This document shows positions 31,429 through 41,229 of a stretch of 64,000 nt of DNA, one piece after another. Every line of letters begins with the position of its first letter. Positions within the stretch are counted from its first letter, which is position 1. Position numbers and translations under genes: made by a program. The notes beneath the pieces are model-generated. The model was not told the DNA's origin. It did no database searches and saw only the letters and a program-made list of their open reading frames with translations. The DNA lies in NCBI GenBank assembly GCA_965223295.1, contig CBDCWC010000003.1, positions 640,001-704,000 on the forward strand. Reading direction: 5' to 3'. The DNA is from Nitrospirales bacterium. Its GTDB lineage: Bacteria; Nitrospirota; Nitrospiria; Nitrospirales; UBA8639.

Positions 31429-32358
31429 ATGCCCACGATCATTTCTGTGGCTTCGGGTAAGGGCGGAGTCGGTAAAAGTATGGTGGTCAGCAACCTCGGA
31501 CTTCTGTTGGCCCGAAAGGGTCATCGCGTGATTCTCGTTGACATGGATATTGGAGGAGCTAATCTCCACATTCTCTTTGGAATGTTTCATCCTCCTTCAA
31601 CCCTTACCGACTTCTTTGCAAACCGGGCAACGAACCTTGAAGATATTGCCCATCCACTGGCCAGTCCCTTGGCTCTCCGGCTTATTCCGGGCACAGGGGA
31701 AACACTCGTGACGGCTAACCTGCAATATGCCAAGAAAAAACGTCTTATTCGACATCTCAAAAAACTCGATGCCGATATCGTCCTAGTCGATGTCGGAGCC
31801 GGCACGAGTTACCACACCTTAGACTTTTTTCTCCTTGCGGATTACTTTTTAGCAGTTGCGACACCAGATCCAACTTCCGTATTGGATCTCTATCGATTTA
31901 TCAAATTAGCAGCGATCCGAAAAGTGCTTTCCGCATTTTTGGCTCGTGATCCCATTGCTGAAGCGCTTCTCAATAAAAACTTTCACAGCATCACGGCAGT
32001 GTTAGAAGCTGTGGGACGTACAAGCGAATCCGGCGTCGCACTAGCACAGCAAGCACTCCAGGGATTTCAGCCCGCGTTAATTTTAAATCGCATGGCAGAC
32101 AAATCCCGCATCAACACGCTGCACTTGCAACATTTGCTCAAACAATATGTGGGAACCGACTTGTCTGTTCTTGGCAATATCCCTGAGGACCCCCAGGTGC
32201 AGCAGTCCATCTTAAAATACTTGCCCATCGTGGAATTCTCTCCCACTGCGCCGGCCACCTTGGCGTTTGATCAAGTATGCGAAAATGTCTTGAAACTGAT
32301 CATGCCACAGAAGAGTTTCGAAGAGAGTCTTGAAGAACCGAGGAAATTACGAGCCTAG
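31429..32358 (+). CDS. MinD/FlhG-family P-loop ATPase
   Basis: Deviant Walker A SGKGGVGKS; VDMDIGGANLH; DVGAGTS; TPDPTSV. Confidence 0.88.
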   Translation: MPTIISVASGKGGVGKSMVVSNLGLLLARKGHRVILVDMDIGGANLHILFGMFHPPSTLTDFFANRATNLEDIAHPLASPLALRLIPGTGETLVTANLQYAKKKRLIRHLKKLDADIVLVDVGAGTSYHTLDFFLLADYFLAVATPDPTSVLDLYRFIKLAAIRKVLSAFLARDPIAEALLNKNFHSITAVLEAVGRTSESGVALAQQALQGFQPALILNRMADKSRINTLHLQHLLKQYVGTDLSVLGNIPEDPQVQQSILKYLPIVEFSPTAPATLAFDQVCENVLKLIMPQKSFEESLEEPRKLRA

Positions 32359-32394
32359 GGCATTTCGAAATCTTCGGACATCTCAATAAGGACA

Positions 32395-33291
32395 TCAAGA
32401 CGGGTCCGAAGGCAGTAAGTTACGAATCGCATTTGAGAGGGACTTAAGCGTCATCGAGACACTTTCTAACTCAGCGCCTTTTTTCTGCAACTCTGATTGC
32501 ATGGTGGAGACTTTATTCACCAATCGATTATGTTCTTTAGAAACTTTTGTAAAATCTTCCAATGATTTTTCCAGCTGCTTGACCTTTTTCTCCAAGCCAC
32601 TACGAGCTTTCTCAGTGGATTCTGCCTCCCCCTTCAAGGTCGCTAATTCTGTATTTAAAGAATCAACCATGTTTTCAGCAGATTGCAAATTTCGCTGGGC
32701 ATCAGTTTTATCTTCTTCGCTTTCTAGAAATTGTTGGTTAAGCCGATCAATGACACCTGCCCATTCACGAGCCACCCCACCCAGGGAATCTGGTACGGCC
32801 GCAAGGGATGATTCCTTCCCCAACCGCGCCACCGCTTGCTGAACCCAATCAATAAATAAGGTTGCCTCACGAAAATTCAAGTCTACCGGTGCGGAAGGCT
32901 CCGCAGATGAAGACGAGACATCGGCACGCGGTTCTGGCTCAGGAGATGGCGGGGGAGGAGCGTCTTTTGACGATGTACTGACGGAAGATTCACTATGAAA
33001 CTGTTGTAGTAGGACCGCCACACAATGTCGACAAAATGGCTGTTCTGATGATGGACAGGAACATTTTGTCGACAACGTCCCACCACGTAACTTAATCGTT
33101 TGCGAATAGACGCCGTAGGTACCATTGACTTCGGCCACCACTTGCGTACCATTGGCTTCTAAGATATTGACGCGCTGATCAGAAAAGTACTGATTCCCTA
33201 TTTTAAAGACTTGCCCCCCAACAACAGACTGGACCATATCAGGATCCAATTGGCCAAGTTCTTGTGCAGAACATGAAATTCGGTTTCTCAT
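32395..33291 (-). CDS. SWIM zinc-finger protein with C-terminal coiled coil
   Basis: CSC-x7-CRH SWIM motif, Pro/Ser linker, heptad-rich C-terminus. Confidence 0.8.
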   Translation of the reverse strand: MRNRISCSAQELGQLDPDMVQSVVGGQVFKIGNQYFSDQRVNILEANGTQVVAEVNGTYGVYSQTIKLRGGTLSTKCSCPSSEQPFCRHCVAVLLQQFHSESSVSTSSKDAPPPPSPEPEPRADVSSSSAEPSAPVDLNFREATLFIDWVQQAVARLGKESSLAAVPDSLGGVAREWAGVIDRLNQQFLESEEDKTDAQRNLQSAENMVDSLNTELATLKGEAESTEKARSGLEKKVKQLEKSLEDFTKVSKEHNRLVNKVSTMQSELQKKGAELESVSMTLKSLSNAIRNLLPSDPS

Positions 33292-33497
33292 ATCACCCTC
33301 ACATTAAGAGATAGGAATATATCAATCTTCATGAACGAATCAAGGGGAATATTTCAAAAACAAATTGTACCGAGAATGAACGTAAGAGCCAACCTTTTGA
33401 AGCTTTTCTTTTATAATCTTGATTTCTAATGTTACAGACACAAGCAAGATCCAAAATCTTACCTAAGACAAACGCTCCAACGCTAGCGCGACGAAAA

Positions 33498-33549
33498 GGG
33501 TCAGACTCGATTAAATTGACAGGCGACTAAATTTAATCGAGTCTGACCC
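33498..33549. repeat. Perfect 20-bp inverted repeat (REP-like, possible tRNA-Lys terminator)
   Basis: GGGTCAGACTCGATTAAATT-N12-AATTTAATCGAGTCTGACCC. Confidence 0.8.
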
Positions 33550-33579
33550 CTTATTAAGAGGAAGGGTATAAGCTAATTC

Positions 33580-33655
33580 TGGTGAGCCGCGAGCGGCTCG
33601 AACGCTCGACCCTCGCCTTAAAAGGGCGATGCTCTACCAACTGAGCTAGCGGCTC
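33580..33655 (-). tRNA. tRNA-Lys(TTT)
   Basis: GAGCCGC...GCGGCTC-A-CCA; anticodon arm TCGCC-CTTTTAA-GGCGA; GTTCGAG T-loop. Confidence 0.95.
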
Positions 33656-33665
33656 ACCGAAAACG

Positions 33666-33694
33666 ATGCTAACAATGGTCCTAATCGTTGTCAA
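33666..33694 (-). promoter_or_regulatory. tRNA-Lys promoter
   Basis: TTGACA-N17-TAGCAT, 10 bp upstream of the tRNA. Confidence 0.75.
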
Positions 33695-33724
33695 ACAACA
33701 GCTGAAAAACCATGTTGAGAGAAA

Positions 33725-35029
33725 TTATTTGGAACGAGCACGCATGAAAGGATTTCGAAGAACGATGGTTTCTTCCCGTCTAGAGCCTGTTGAAATCATG
33801 GCAATAGGACAGGACACGAGTTCTTTGACACGCGCTAAATACTTTTTAGCGGCAGGCGGCAACGCTCGATAGGATGTCACCCCGGTGGTATCGGTTGTCC
33901 AGCCTGGCCAACGTTCGTAAACCGGCCTACAATTCTCCAGCACTTCTAGATCAGCCGGCATTTCCCGATACAACTTTCCTTGATAACGATAGCCCGTACA
34001 GATCTTCAACTCCTGGCAACCATCCAGCACATCCAGTTTCGTCATCGCCAAAGACGTTAAGCCATTCACTCGCACGGCATACCGTAATAACACCACATCA
34101 AGCCAGCCACATCGTCGCGCTCGTCCCGTCGTCGCTCCATACTCATTACCTCGTTTCATAAGTTGGGTGCCCATGGCATCTTCTAACTCTGTGGGGAATG
34201 GCCCACCACCCACTCGAGTGGTATAGGCCTTGGTCACACCTAACACCGCCGAAATATTAGTAGGTCCCACTCCTGTCCCAGTGCAGGCGCCCCCCGAACA
34301 TGAGCTCGACGATGTCACATAGGGATATGTCCCAAAATCGACATCTAGATGCGTGCCTTGAGCTCCCTCGAACAACACTTGTTTTCCACTGGCAAATACG
34401 CGATCAAGGAGCAAAGGTACATCAGCAATATGAGGCCGCAAACGTTCTCCGTAAGCCTGGTATTCTTTAAAGATGGATTGCACGGTGAATCCCTTGGCAT
34501 GATAGATACGCCGCAAAAACGCATTAATCTCCACTAAATTTTCCTGGATTTTTTTCTTCAAGATATCAGGATTCAGCAGATCACCCATGCGGATACCCAC
34601 ACGGGCCATTTTATCCACATACGCCGGACCGATACCCCGACCGGTGGTCCCAATTCGGCGGGCACCCTTCGCTTTCTCTGCCGCCTTATCAATGGCTTTA
34701 TGATAGGGCATGATGACATGAGCTCGTTGACAAATGAGAAATCGCTTGCCAACCACAATGCCCTTTTCCTTCAACCCATCGAGCTCACCGATTAACCCTC
34801 CAGGATCGATCGCGACGCCATTACCCAAAACACACAATTTTCCGCGATAGAGCACCCCTGAAGGAATCAGGTGGAAGATAAAAGTCCCTTTGTCAGTAAT
34901 GACCGTATGTCCGGCATTCGACCCGCCCTGATAACGGACAATCACATCCGCATCTCTGGCAAGCAGGTCAACAATCTTGCCTTTCCCTTCATCACCCCAC
35001 TGTGAACCAACCACGACGAGCGCCGACAT
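33725..35029 (-). CDS. purA: Adenylosuccinate synthetase
   Basis: GSQWGDEGKGK, GGSNAGHT, EGAQG and TTGRARRCGW motifs; GGAGGT RBS before 35029. Confidence 0.97.
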   Translation of the reverse strand: MSALVVVGSQWGDEGKGKIVDLLARDADVIVRYQGGSNAGHTVITDKGTFIFHLIPSGVLYRGKLCVLGNGVAIDPGGLIGELDGLKEKGIVVGKRFLICQRAHVIMPYHKAIDKAAEKAKGARRIGTTGRGIGPAYVDKMARVGIRMGDLLNPDILKKKIQENLVEINAFLRRIYHAKGFTVQSIFKEYQAYGERLRPHIADVPLLLDRVFASGKQVLFEGAQGTHLDVDFGTYPYVTSSSSCSGGACTGTGVGPTNISAVLGVTKAYTTRVGGGPFPTELEDAMGTQLMKRGNEYGATTGRARRCGWLDVVLLRYAVRVNGLTSLAMTKLDVLDGCQELKICTGYRYQGKLYREMPADLEVLENCRPVYERWPGWTTDTTGVTSYRALPPAAKKYLARVKELVSCPIAMISTGSRREETIVLRNPFMRARSK

Positions 35030-35105
35030 GGGCACCTCCACGCAATCATAATTATCCGGGCACAAAAAAGCTCTGACGACGACTAAGCCAGAGCGCGACC
35101 GTTTC

Positions 35106-35198
35106 ATCGTAGGTCGCATGTTGCAAATTGTCAACGACGAAATGCACGGCAACACAACCGGCCTGTTTCTTGACCACATGCAAAACGCGTGATAGCAT
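35106..35198. promoter_or_regulatory. Divergent sigma70 promoters for purA (-) and tRNA-Ala (+)
   Basis: Minus: TTGACA-N17-TACGAT (35134-35106); plus: TTGACC-N17-TAGCAT (35170-35198). Confidence 0.6.
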
Positions 35199-35210
35199 CA
35201 TCTTCGGTAT

Positions 35211-35286
35211 GGGGCTGTGGCGCAGTTGGGAGCGCGCGTGAATGGCATTCACGAGGTCGCCGGTTCAATCCCGGCCAGCTCCACCA
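35211..35286 (+). tRNA. tRNA-Ala(GGC)
   Basis: GGGGCTG...CAGCTCC-A-CCA with G3:U70; anticodon GGC. Confidence 0.95.
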
Positions 35287-35382
35287 ACCTTCCTTATTCT
35301 TACGGTTTTCTGACATTCATCCCCGACAGGAGAGAGTCAGTATCATCGGCCTATTGCCGAAACAGAGATTTGTGGTTTCACT

Positions 35383-37245
35383 ATGCTGCATATTGAACGC
35401 CTCACAAAAACCTTTCCGACGAAGCCTTTATTTTTAGAGGCCTCGGCACACCTGAAGCCTAATACTCGAGTAGGGTTAGTCGGACCAAACGGATCCGGAA
35501 AAACCTCGCTCTTACGTATGATCCTCAACGAGAACGATATCGAGAGTGGACGTATCCGAAAACGGCCGCATCTCCGCCTGGGCTATCTCCCGCAGGAATT
35601 AGAAACACTGCCTGGAAATACCATTTTAGATGCCACCCATCGCGATGAATTTCCGGAGTATGAGGCCAAACGCATTCTTTCTGGGCTTGGCTTTCAGGAA
35701 ACAGACTGGGATAGAAAAATCAAAACCCTTTCCGGCGGATATCGCATGCGCGTGGCTTTGGCCTACCTTCTTTTGTCCGCTCCCGACGTCTTGATGTTGG
35801 ACGAGCCCACCAACCACCTTGATAAACCTACACAACGATGGTTAGAAAACTTTCTCCTCAATTCACCATTCACGTTACTCATCATCAGCCACGACATTAA
35901 ATTTCTCGACAAAATGGTGACGCACATCTGGGAAGTCCGCAATCACACCTTGCAAGAATATCGCGGCAACTACACCCGCTTCCAGAAACTCAAAGCTGAA
36001 CGGGATGCGCAGGAAGAAGCGGCCGCCAACCGACAAGCTAAAGAAATTAATCGCGTCCAATCGTTTGTGGATCGATTTCGGTATCAAGCCAATAAAGCCA
36101 CTCAAGTTCAATCGCGCATTAAACAACTGGAAAAGGTCAAGCGCATTGAATTACAGCGCGACGCAAAACGCCTCAAGTTCAAATTTCCTGAACCTCCCGC
36201 AAGCGGAAGAGAAGTCTTGGATCTACAAAATATTCACAAACGATATGGCGAAAAAATTGTCTACCAAGGATTAGATTTTTCCATTGAGCGAAGCCAACGT
36301 GTTGCGTTTGTGGGAGAAAACGGGGCCGGGAAATCAACACTCCTCAAAATGCTCGCTGGCGTTCTAGAGTTTGAAGAAGGCACACGAAATGTCGGGCACG
36401 GCGTCACCATCCATTATTTCGCGCAGCACCAAGCAGAAATTCTTCACCCTGAACATAGCATCTTAGACTCACTGGAGGAAGCCGCTCCTCTAGCCGAACG
36501 AAATTTTCTGCGTGGCCTGGCTGGCGCCTTTCTCTTTTCGGGCGATGATCAACACAAACCCATCAAAGCCTTGAGTGGAGGGGAAAGAAATCGTGTGGCC
36601 CTCGCCCGCATGCTGGTAGAACCAGCCAATACGTTGCTCTTGGATGAGCCGACCAATCACCTAGACCCTGCCTCGGTAGATATGCTGACGGACGCCCTTC
36701 TCCAATTCCCTGGCACAATCGTTTTTATCTCACATGACCCGACATTTCTTATGCGTGTGTCCACACGCGTTGTAGAAATTGATGAAGGCAAGGCCAGAGA
36801 CTATATTGGAGACTATGAATACTATTGCTGGAAACGAGCCAAGGAACTGGAAGACGAAATTCCGCCCGAAGCCAAACCCGAAAAGAAAAAATCTAAGAAA
36901 AAGCAGAAAGCCAACAAGGTCAAACGCACTACCGAGCCGTTTACAAATGGAACCCCCACTGCAACCGGCGCACCCTCAACGACTCCATCTCGACGTGACC
37001 TCTCAAAAAGTATTGCCCGATTAGAAAAACAAGTGGCTAATGCAGAAAAAGAGATTGCCGCGCTTGAAGAACAAATCAAAGCCCGCGACAGGGAACTCGC
37101 GGCCCCCGAAACCTACCAAGATTACTCCCGCTGGAACACCCTCCACCAAGAACGTGAATCATGGGGTCGCCAACTAGATCGTCTCACCCACAAATGGGGT
37201 GACCTCAGTTCCCAATTAGAAAAACAACAATCCCAAATTTCCTAA
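35383..37245 (+). CDS. ABC-F family ribosome-associated ATPase with C-terminal coiled coil
   Basis: Two ABC domains (GPNGSGKT and GENGAGKS, LSGG, LDEPTNHLD), no TM segments, Uup/YheS-type C-terminal domain. Confidence 0.93.
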   Translation: MLHIERLTKTFPTKPLFLEASAHLKPNTRVGLVGPNGSGKTSLLRMILNENDIESGRIRKRPHLRLGYLPQELETLPGNTILDATHRDEFPEYEAKRILSGLGFQETDWDRKIKTLSGGYRMRVALAYLLLSAPDVLMLDEPTNHLDKPTQRWLENFLLNSPFTLLIISHDIKFLDKMVTHIWEVRNHTLQEYRGNYTRFQKLKAERDAQEEAAANRQAKEINRVQSFVDRFRYQANKATQVQSRIKQLEKVKRIELQRDAKRLKFKFPEPPASGREVLDLQNIHKRYGEKIVYQGLDFSIERSQRVAFVGENGAGKSTLLKMLAGVLEFEEGTRNVGHGVTIHYFAQHQAEILHPEHSILDSLEEAAPLAERNFLRGLAGAFLFSGDDQHKPIKALSGGERNRVALARMLVEPANTLLLDEPTNHLDPASVDMLTDALLQFPGTIVFISHDPTFLMRVSTRVVEIDEGKARDYIGDYEYYCWKRAKELEDEIPPEAKPEKKKSKKKQKANKVKRTTEPFTNGTPTATGAPSTTPSRRDLSKSIARLEKQVANAEKEIAALEEQIKARDRELAAPETYQDYSRWNTLHQERESWGRQLDRLTHKWGDLSSQLEKQQSQIS

Positions 37246-37480
37246 ATTCTCTATAAGACCTGTTTTTTTCAATCAGAAAATCATACTAGGAATCGCTTTG
37301 AGCATCCAAGGGCCTAAGACTTTAGGTACTTGGCATGCTCTGCCATATCATCAGGACACTCATAGATACGATGCTAATTTTCTCTTCTATTTCAGACATA
37401 TTAGAAAAATCAGGAATGTCACATGTGGCAATTTGACTTGATAATCTTAATTGCGAAGGCCGGAGATGCTTCCCGCTCAG

Positions 37481-37864
37481 TTAATCTGAATTATACGCCT
37501 CTGATACTGAGAATTCTTTCATGATCTCGGCTATTCCCTCTTCTTCCGCACTCGCAAGTCGTTGCTTGAGAGAAGTAATTTCGTGAGTGCGCTTGAGTAT
37601 GTCCTCCTCTCGAAACGCTTGACGTTGCGAGATCAAGGCCTTCAAGAATCGGATGCGAACTCTGAGTAACCGCTTAGCCAAGTGGAAAACATTCTTTGCC
37701 TTCTTTCGCCGTTTCTCGGAATCAGCCTCTGCCAAGAACGATTGGACTACCTGCTGGACAAGTTGTTCCGCGTCTTTAACAGCGGTTATATGTGTGTATC
37801 CCGTGCCGTAACCTGCCACTGCGCCACCGGAAACCCTCCTCCAAGGATCCCGGTTAATTACCAT
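37481..37864 (-). CDS. Hypothetical helical protein
   Basis: 127-aa ORF in otherwise empty space; no recognisable family. Confidence 0.55.
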   Translation of the reverse strand: MVINRDPWRRVSGGAVAGYGTGYTHITAVKDAEQLVQQVVQSFLAEADSEKRRKKAKNVFHLAKRLLRVRIRFLKALISQRQAFREEDILKRTHEITSLKQRLASAEEEGIAEIMKEFSVSEAYNSD

Positions 37865-38275
37865 GTTGGTCTTTATCGGCTTTTCTTAGGAAGATCTAGA
37901 TCAATTTAAGCCAATTCGATAAGGTCTTAAGCATGCGGTGAAAGAAGCACCTGAAACTTGGGGCATTCGTTTACATTCTCGACAGTTTGGCTATTTCGAA
38001 AATCCAAAAATTTAGCATCCAAACAGCTACTCTAGGCTTAACCCGATAACCGACGCCTGTGGCCCAGCTCCATGAGCAGATACTCCGATTTGGAGTCATG
38101 GCTAGATTTTGTACTCTAGCCATATAAAGGGAAGGTTCCCCCCTATACCTTAGACGTATCTTCCAATCAGTATTGGGGCGCTCTTCCTAGACTTTTCGCA
38201 GCTCTAAGAAATTCATCATTTCCACACAGCAAGGTTTTTCCTATTGTACAGACAACAGATTGATTGTGAGGATGA

Positions 38276-38716
38276 TTAGCTGGGGTCAGGGAAAGGATTG
38301 ACTATCGTCATTGCCCCTATCTGTTGCCCAGCCTGAAGATCTTCGGAATACAGAGTGGTGACTCCACCTCGATTGGCAGCTTCAAGAATGAGAGAATCCC
38401 AAAATGACATTTGATATTTAGCTTGCAGGTCAATAGCATTCAGCACAGATTGTTCATCATTCACGACCACATCCCAGGCACACAGATCTTCAAGGATGGT
38501 GCGGGCTTTTTTCCTATCAATCGGATAAGGAATTTTTTGAGTCAAACTAACGAAGAGTTCTTGAAGAACTTGTGTGCTCAGCACACCAGCTTCTGTATTC
38601 CATAGATTGAGAATAACATCTCTTGCTACTTCTCGTTTTCGCCCAGCCGTTGCATCATGAGCATACACCAGCACATTCGTATCCACAAAAACCTTAGTGG
38701 CGGTCATGAAGCTCAT
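38276..38716 (-). CDS. PIN-domain (VapC-like) toxin
   Basis: FVDTNVLVYA, STQVLQE, SFWDSLI and LYSEDLQ motifs. Confidence 0.9.
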   Translation of the reverse strand: MSFMTATKVFVDTNVLVYAHDATAGRKREVARDVILNLWNTEAGVLSTQVLQELFVSLTQKIPYPIDRKKARTILEDLCAWDVVVNDEQSVLNAIDLQAKYQMSFWDSLILEAANRGGVTTLYSEDLQAGQQIGAMTIVNPFPDPS

Positions 38717-38939
38717 CTCGGGTAGAGGAAGAATGTCCCTTGGTTCCTAAATTCAACCCCTTTTTGAGTAGCGAGAGATGCCGCTGTTTGGCTTTTTCAT
38801 AGCCTGTTGGTTGCTCAACTCTCCCTCGTAACACTTCTCTCATCAATTCGCTCAGGGACTTCTCTTCTTGAGCCGCCAGAATTTTGGCTTTTCTTAAAAG
38901 GGTTTTGGGAAGAGAAAGTGTGACATTTTGACGATCCAT
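38694..38939 (-). CDS. Ribbon-helix-helix antitoxin
   Basis: QNVTLSLPK.LL.KAK..AA..EKSLSELM...TRDELHDR; overlaps the PIN gene. Confidence 0.85.
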   Translation of the reverse strand: MDRQNVTLSLPKTLLRKAKILAAQEEKSLSELMREVLRGRVEQPTGYEKAKQRHLSLLKKGLNLGTKGHSSSTRDELHDRH

Positions 38940-39251
38940 GACAGTCTCCTGAAATACATTAATTCACATAATTATGTATATCACATAATTGCGTGTACAT
39001 CAAAGTTCCTCTGTAGGCTCAACAAAACCCTGGAGTCATATTAAAACCTCAGCACAGATGTAGGTCTGTACGTGTACTCCAAGCAAGAATGGAATCTGAA
39101 AACACGTAGCCTTTTAGTTGACCCAGCGTCAGCAGACCAACGCATGCTGCTAGACTCTAAAGGTCCGCAGTGCACTCAACCGGCCGCCCTCGCATATAGC
39201 ACACGTCCGCCTAATTTAGATGAGGCCAGACATGGAGTCAATTTGCATATG

Positions 39252-39438
39252 GGGAGTGTTGAATAACGAAGACACCAAAGGCCATTTTTCTCCAGAAAAC
39301 CTCTGGCGATCAACAGCGTCGGGGGCGGTTCAAAAAAATCTGCCCTAAGTCTGTGGAAGGGTTCGTCCCGTCCTGAGGTTTCTCGAGGGAATGACCACAG
39401 CCATTTTGGCCCGCGAAGCGTTCTAACATGACGTGAGC
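39252..39438 (+). repeat. MITE family A, copy 5 (degenerate, right end missing, two nested repeats)
   Basis: GGGAGTGTTGAATAA...GTTCAAAAAA...CCACAGCCATTTT...CGTGAGC; similarity ends near the asnS stop. Confidence 0.75.
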
Positions 39439-39450
39439 CTGAATGGGTGC

Positions 39451-40752
39451 CTAAGGATAGAGAGTGTAGAGCATTCTGGGGAAGGGGATGGTTTCCCGCA
39501 CATGGTCCAGGCCACAGATCCAAGCCACGACTCGCTCAATTCCCATCCCAAAACCGGCATGCGGTACACTGCCGTACCGCCGTAAATCTACATACCACTT
39601 AAAGGCCTCTTCCGGCAGATCATGGGCTTTAATTTGCTGACGCAGTACTTCAAGATCATGAATGCGTTGGCCTCCTCCTATAATTTCGCCATAGCCTTCT
39701 GGGGCTAACATATCCATGCACAAGGCTAACTCAGGACGTGCTGGATCTTTGGCCATATAAAACGCTTTGGCTGCCGCTGGATAACGGTGGACCAGAACAG
39801 GACGATCAAAAGATTGAGCCAAAATCGTTTCTTGTTCACTCCCGAAATCATCGCCAAATTGAATGTCCACACCTTTTTCTTTGAGCCGGGCAATCGCCTC
39901 TTCATAGGTAATTTGTGGAAAAGGTGGCACCATCGCTTCTAGTGTCGCTATATCCCGCTCAAGAATTTCTAGTTCAGTACGACGATCCTCGAGAACTCGC
40001 TGAATTACAGTTGCCACTAACTCCTCAGCAAGCTGCATCACATCAGATAGTTCGGCAAAGGCAATCTCCGGCTCGACCATCCAAAATTCCATAAGATGCC
40101 GCCGTGTTTTTGATTTTTCCGCTCTAAACGTTGGTCCAAAACAATAGATTTTTCCAAAGGCCATCGCCGCCGCTTCGCCATAGAGCTGGCCGCTTTGCGC
40201 CAAATAGGCAAACTGATCGAAATACTGTGTCTGAAAGAGTGTTGTCGTGCCCTCGCAGGCATTCGGAGTAAAAATTGGCGTATCAATGAGTGTAAAGTCT
40301 CGTTCATCAAAAAAGTTTCGGCAGGTTCGGATGATTTCATGGCGTATCCGTAAAATGGCATGTTGGCGACTAGAACGCAGCCACAGATGCCGATGTTCCA
40401 TTAAAAATCCCACTCCATGTTCTTTTGGTTGAATGGGAAAGGGTTCGGCAAGATGCGCGACTTCGAAATTGACCACATCTAACTCATACCCACCTGGGGC
40501 CCGCGCGTCTTTTCGGGCCAGTCCAGTCATAATAATTGAGGATTCCTGTGTGACTTGCCCACATAACGCAAACTGTTCATCCCCCACCGTCGACTTACTG
40601 ACGATGGCCTGAATATCCCCAGAGCCATCACGAACCGTTAAAAAGCTGAGCTTCCCACTTGAGCGCCGCTGACGAAGCCATCCTTTAATGGTGATTTCTT
40701 GCCCTTCGTATTGGGCAATTTGTTCAATAGTCACCACAGAATGCTGAGACAT
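39451..40752 (-). CDS. asnS: Asparagine--tRNA ligase
   Basis: [30 protein letters not shown] and [11 protein letters not shown] motifs. Confidence 0.95.
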   Translation of the reverse strand: MSQHSVVTIEQIAQYEGQEITIKGWLRQRRSSGKLSFLTVRDGSGDIQAIVSKSTVGDEQFALCGQVTQESSIIMTGLARKDARAPGGYELDVVNFEVAHLAEPFPIQPKEHGVGFLMEHRHLWLRSSRQHAILRIRHEIIRTCRNFFDERDFTLIDTPIFTPNACEGTTTLFQTQYFDQFAYLAQSGQLYGEAAAMAFGKIYCFGPTFRAEKSKTRRHLMEFWMVEPEIAFAELSDVMQLAEELVATVIQRVLEDRRTELEILERDIATLEAMVPPFPQITYEEAIARLKEKGVDIQFGDDFGSEQETILAQSFDRPVLVHRYPAAAKAFYMAKDPARPELALCMDMLAPEGYGEIIGGGQRIHDLEVLRQQIKAHDLPEEAFKWYVDLRRYGSVPHAGFGMGIERVVAWICGLDHVRETIPFPRMLYTLYP

Positions 40753-40873
40753 GCTGATTCTCCTTTGGCTCTCACACAGAATAAATTGACACCCAGAAAA
40801 TTCACTGGCTATGATGCTTAATTGTCAAAGGATGTCTTTTTAAAAAAAGTAAAATAAGGGAGGCCCTATACAT

Positions 40874-41194
40874 ATGAGCTATACAATCACCGTGAGTGAA
40901 TTAAAGACACGGCAAGATAAAGGGGATAGTATTTTCTTATTAGACGTGCGTGAACCACATGAATATTCAATGGCCAAAATTGAAGGGTCCGTGCTCATTC
41001 CCTTGGGCGAACTTCCTAATTCCTTAGATAAACTTGATAAGAATAAAGAAATTGTGGCCTATTGCCATAAAGGCATGCGCAGTGCCGATGCCGTAGGCTT
41101 TCTCCTTCAACAAGGGTTTTCAAACGTCAAAAATCTAATTGGAGGAATTGAATCTTGGTCAATAGAAATCGATAACTCTGTGCCACGATACTAG
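40874..41194 (+). CDS. Single-domain rhodanese
   Basis: LLDVREPHEY, YCHKGMRS and NLIGGIESWS motifs. Confidence 0.9.
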   Translation: MSYTITVSELKTRQDKGDSIFLLDVREPHEYSMAKIEGSVLIPLGELPNSLDKLDKNKEIVAYCHKGMRSADAVGFLLQQGFSNVKNLIGGIESWSIEIDNSVPRY

Positions 41195-41229
41195 CAGGTC
41201 AGCGAGACCCAGATACCCAGTATATCTCT

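Noticed and set aside
33300-33580. Integrative element at tRNA-Lys, tRNA-Ala or tRNA-Pro
   Set aside because: No integrase and no duplicated tRNA 3' end seen in the window
35029-35437. N-terminal extension of purA and ORFs over tRNA-Ala
   Set aside because: purA has an RBS and family start at 35029; the other ORFs overlap the tRNA and promoters
3736-39438. Repeats as a CRISPR array
   Set aside because: Dispersed ~190-bp copies with TSDs, no repeat-spacer periodicity, and no cas genes
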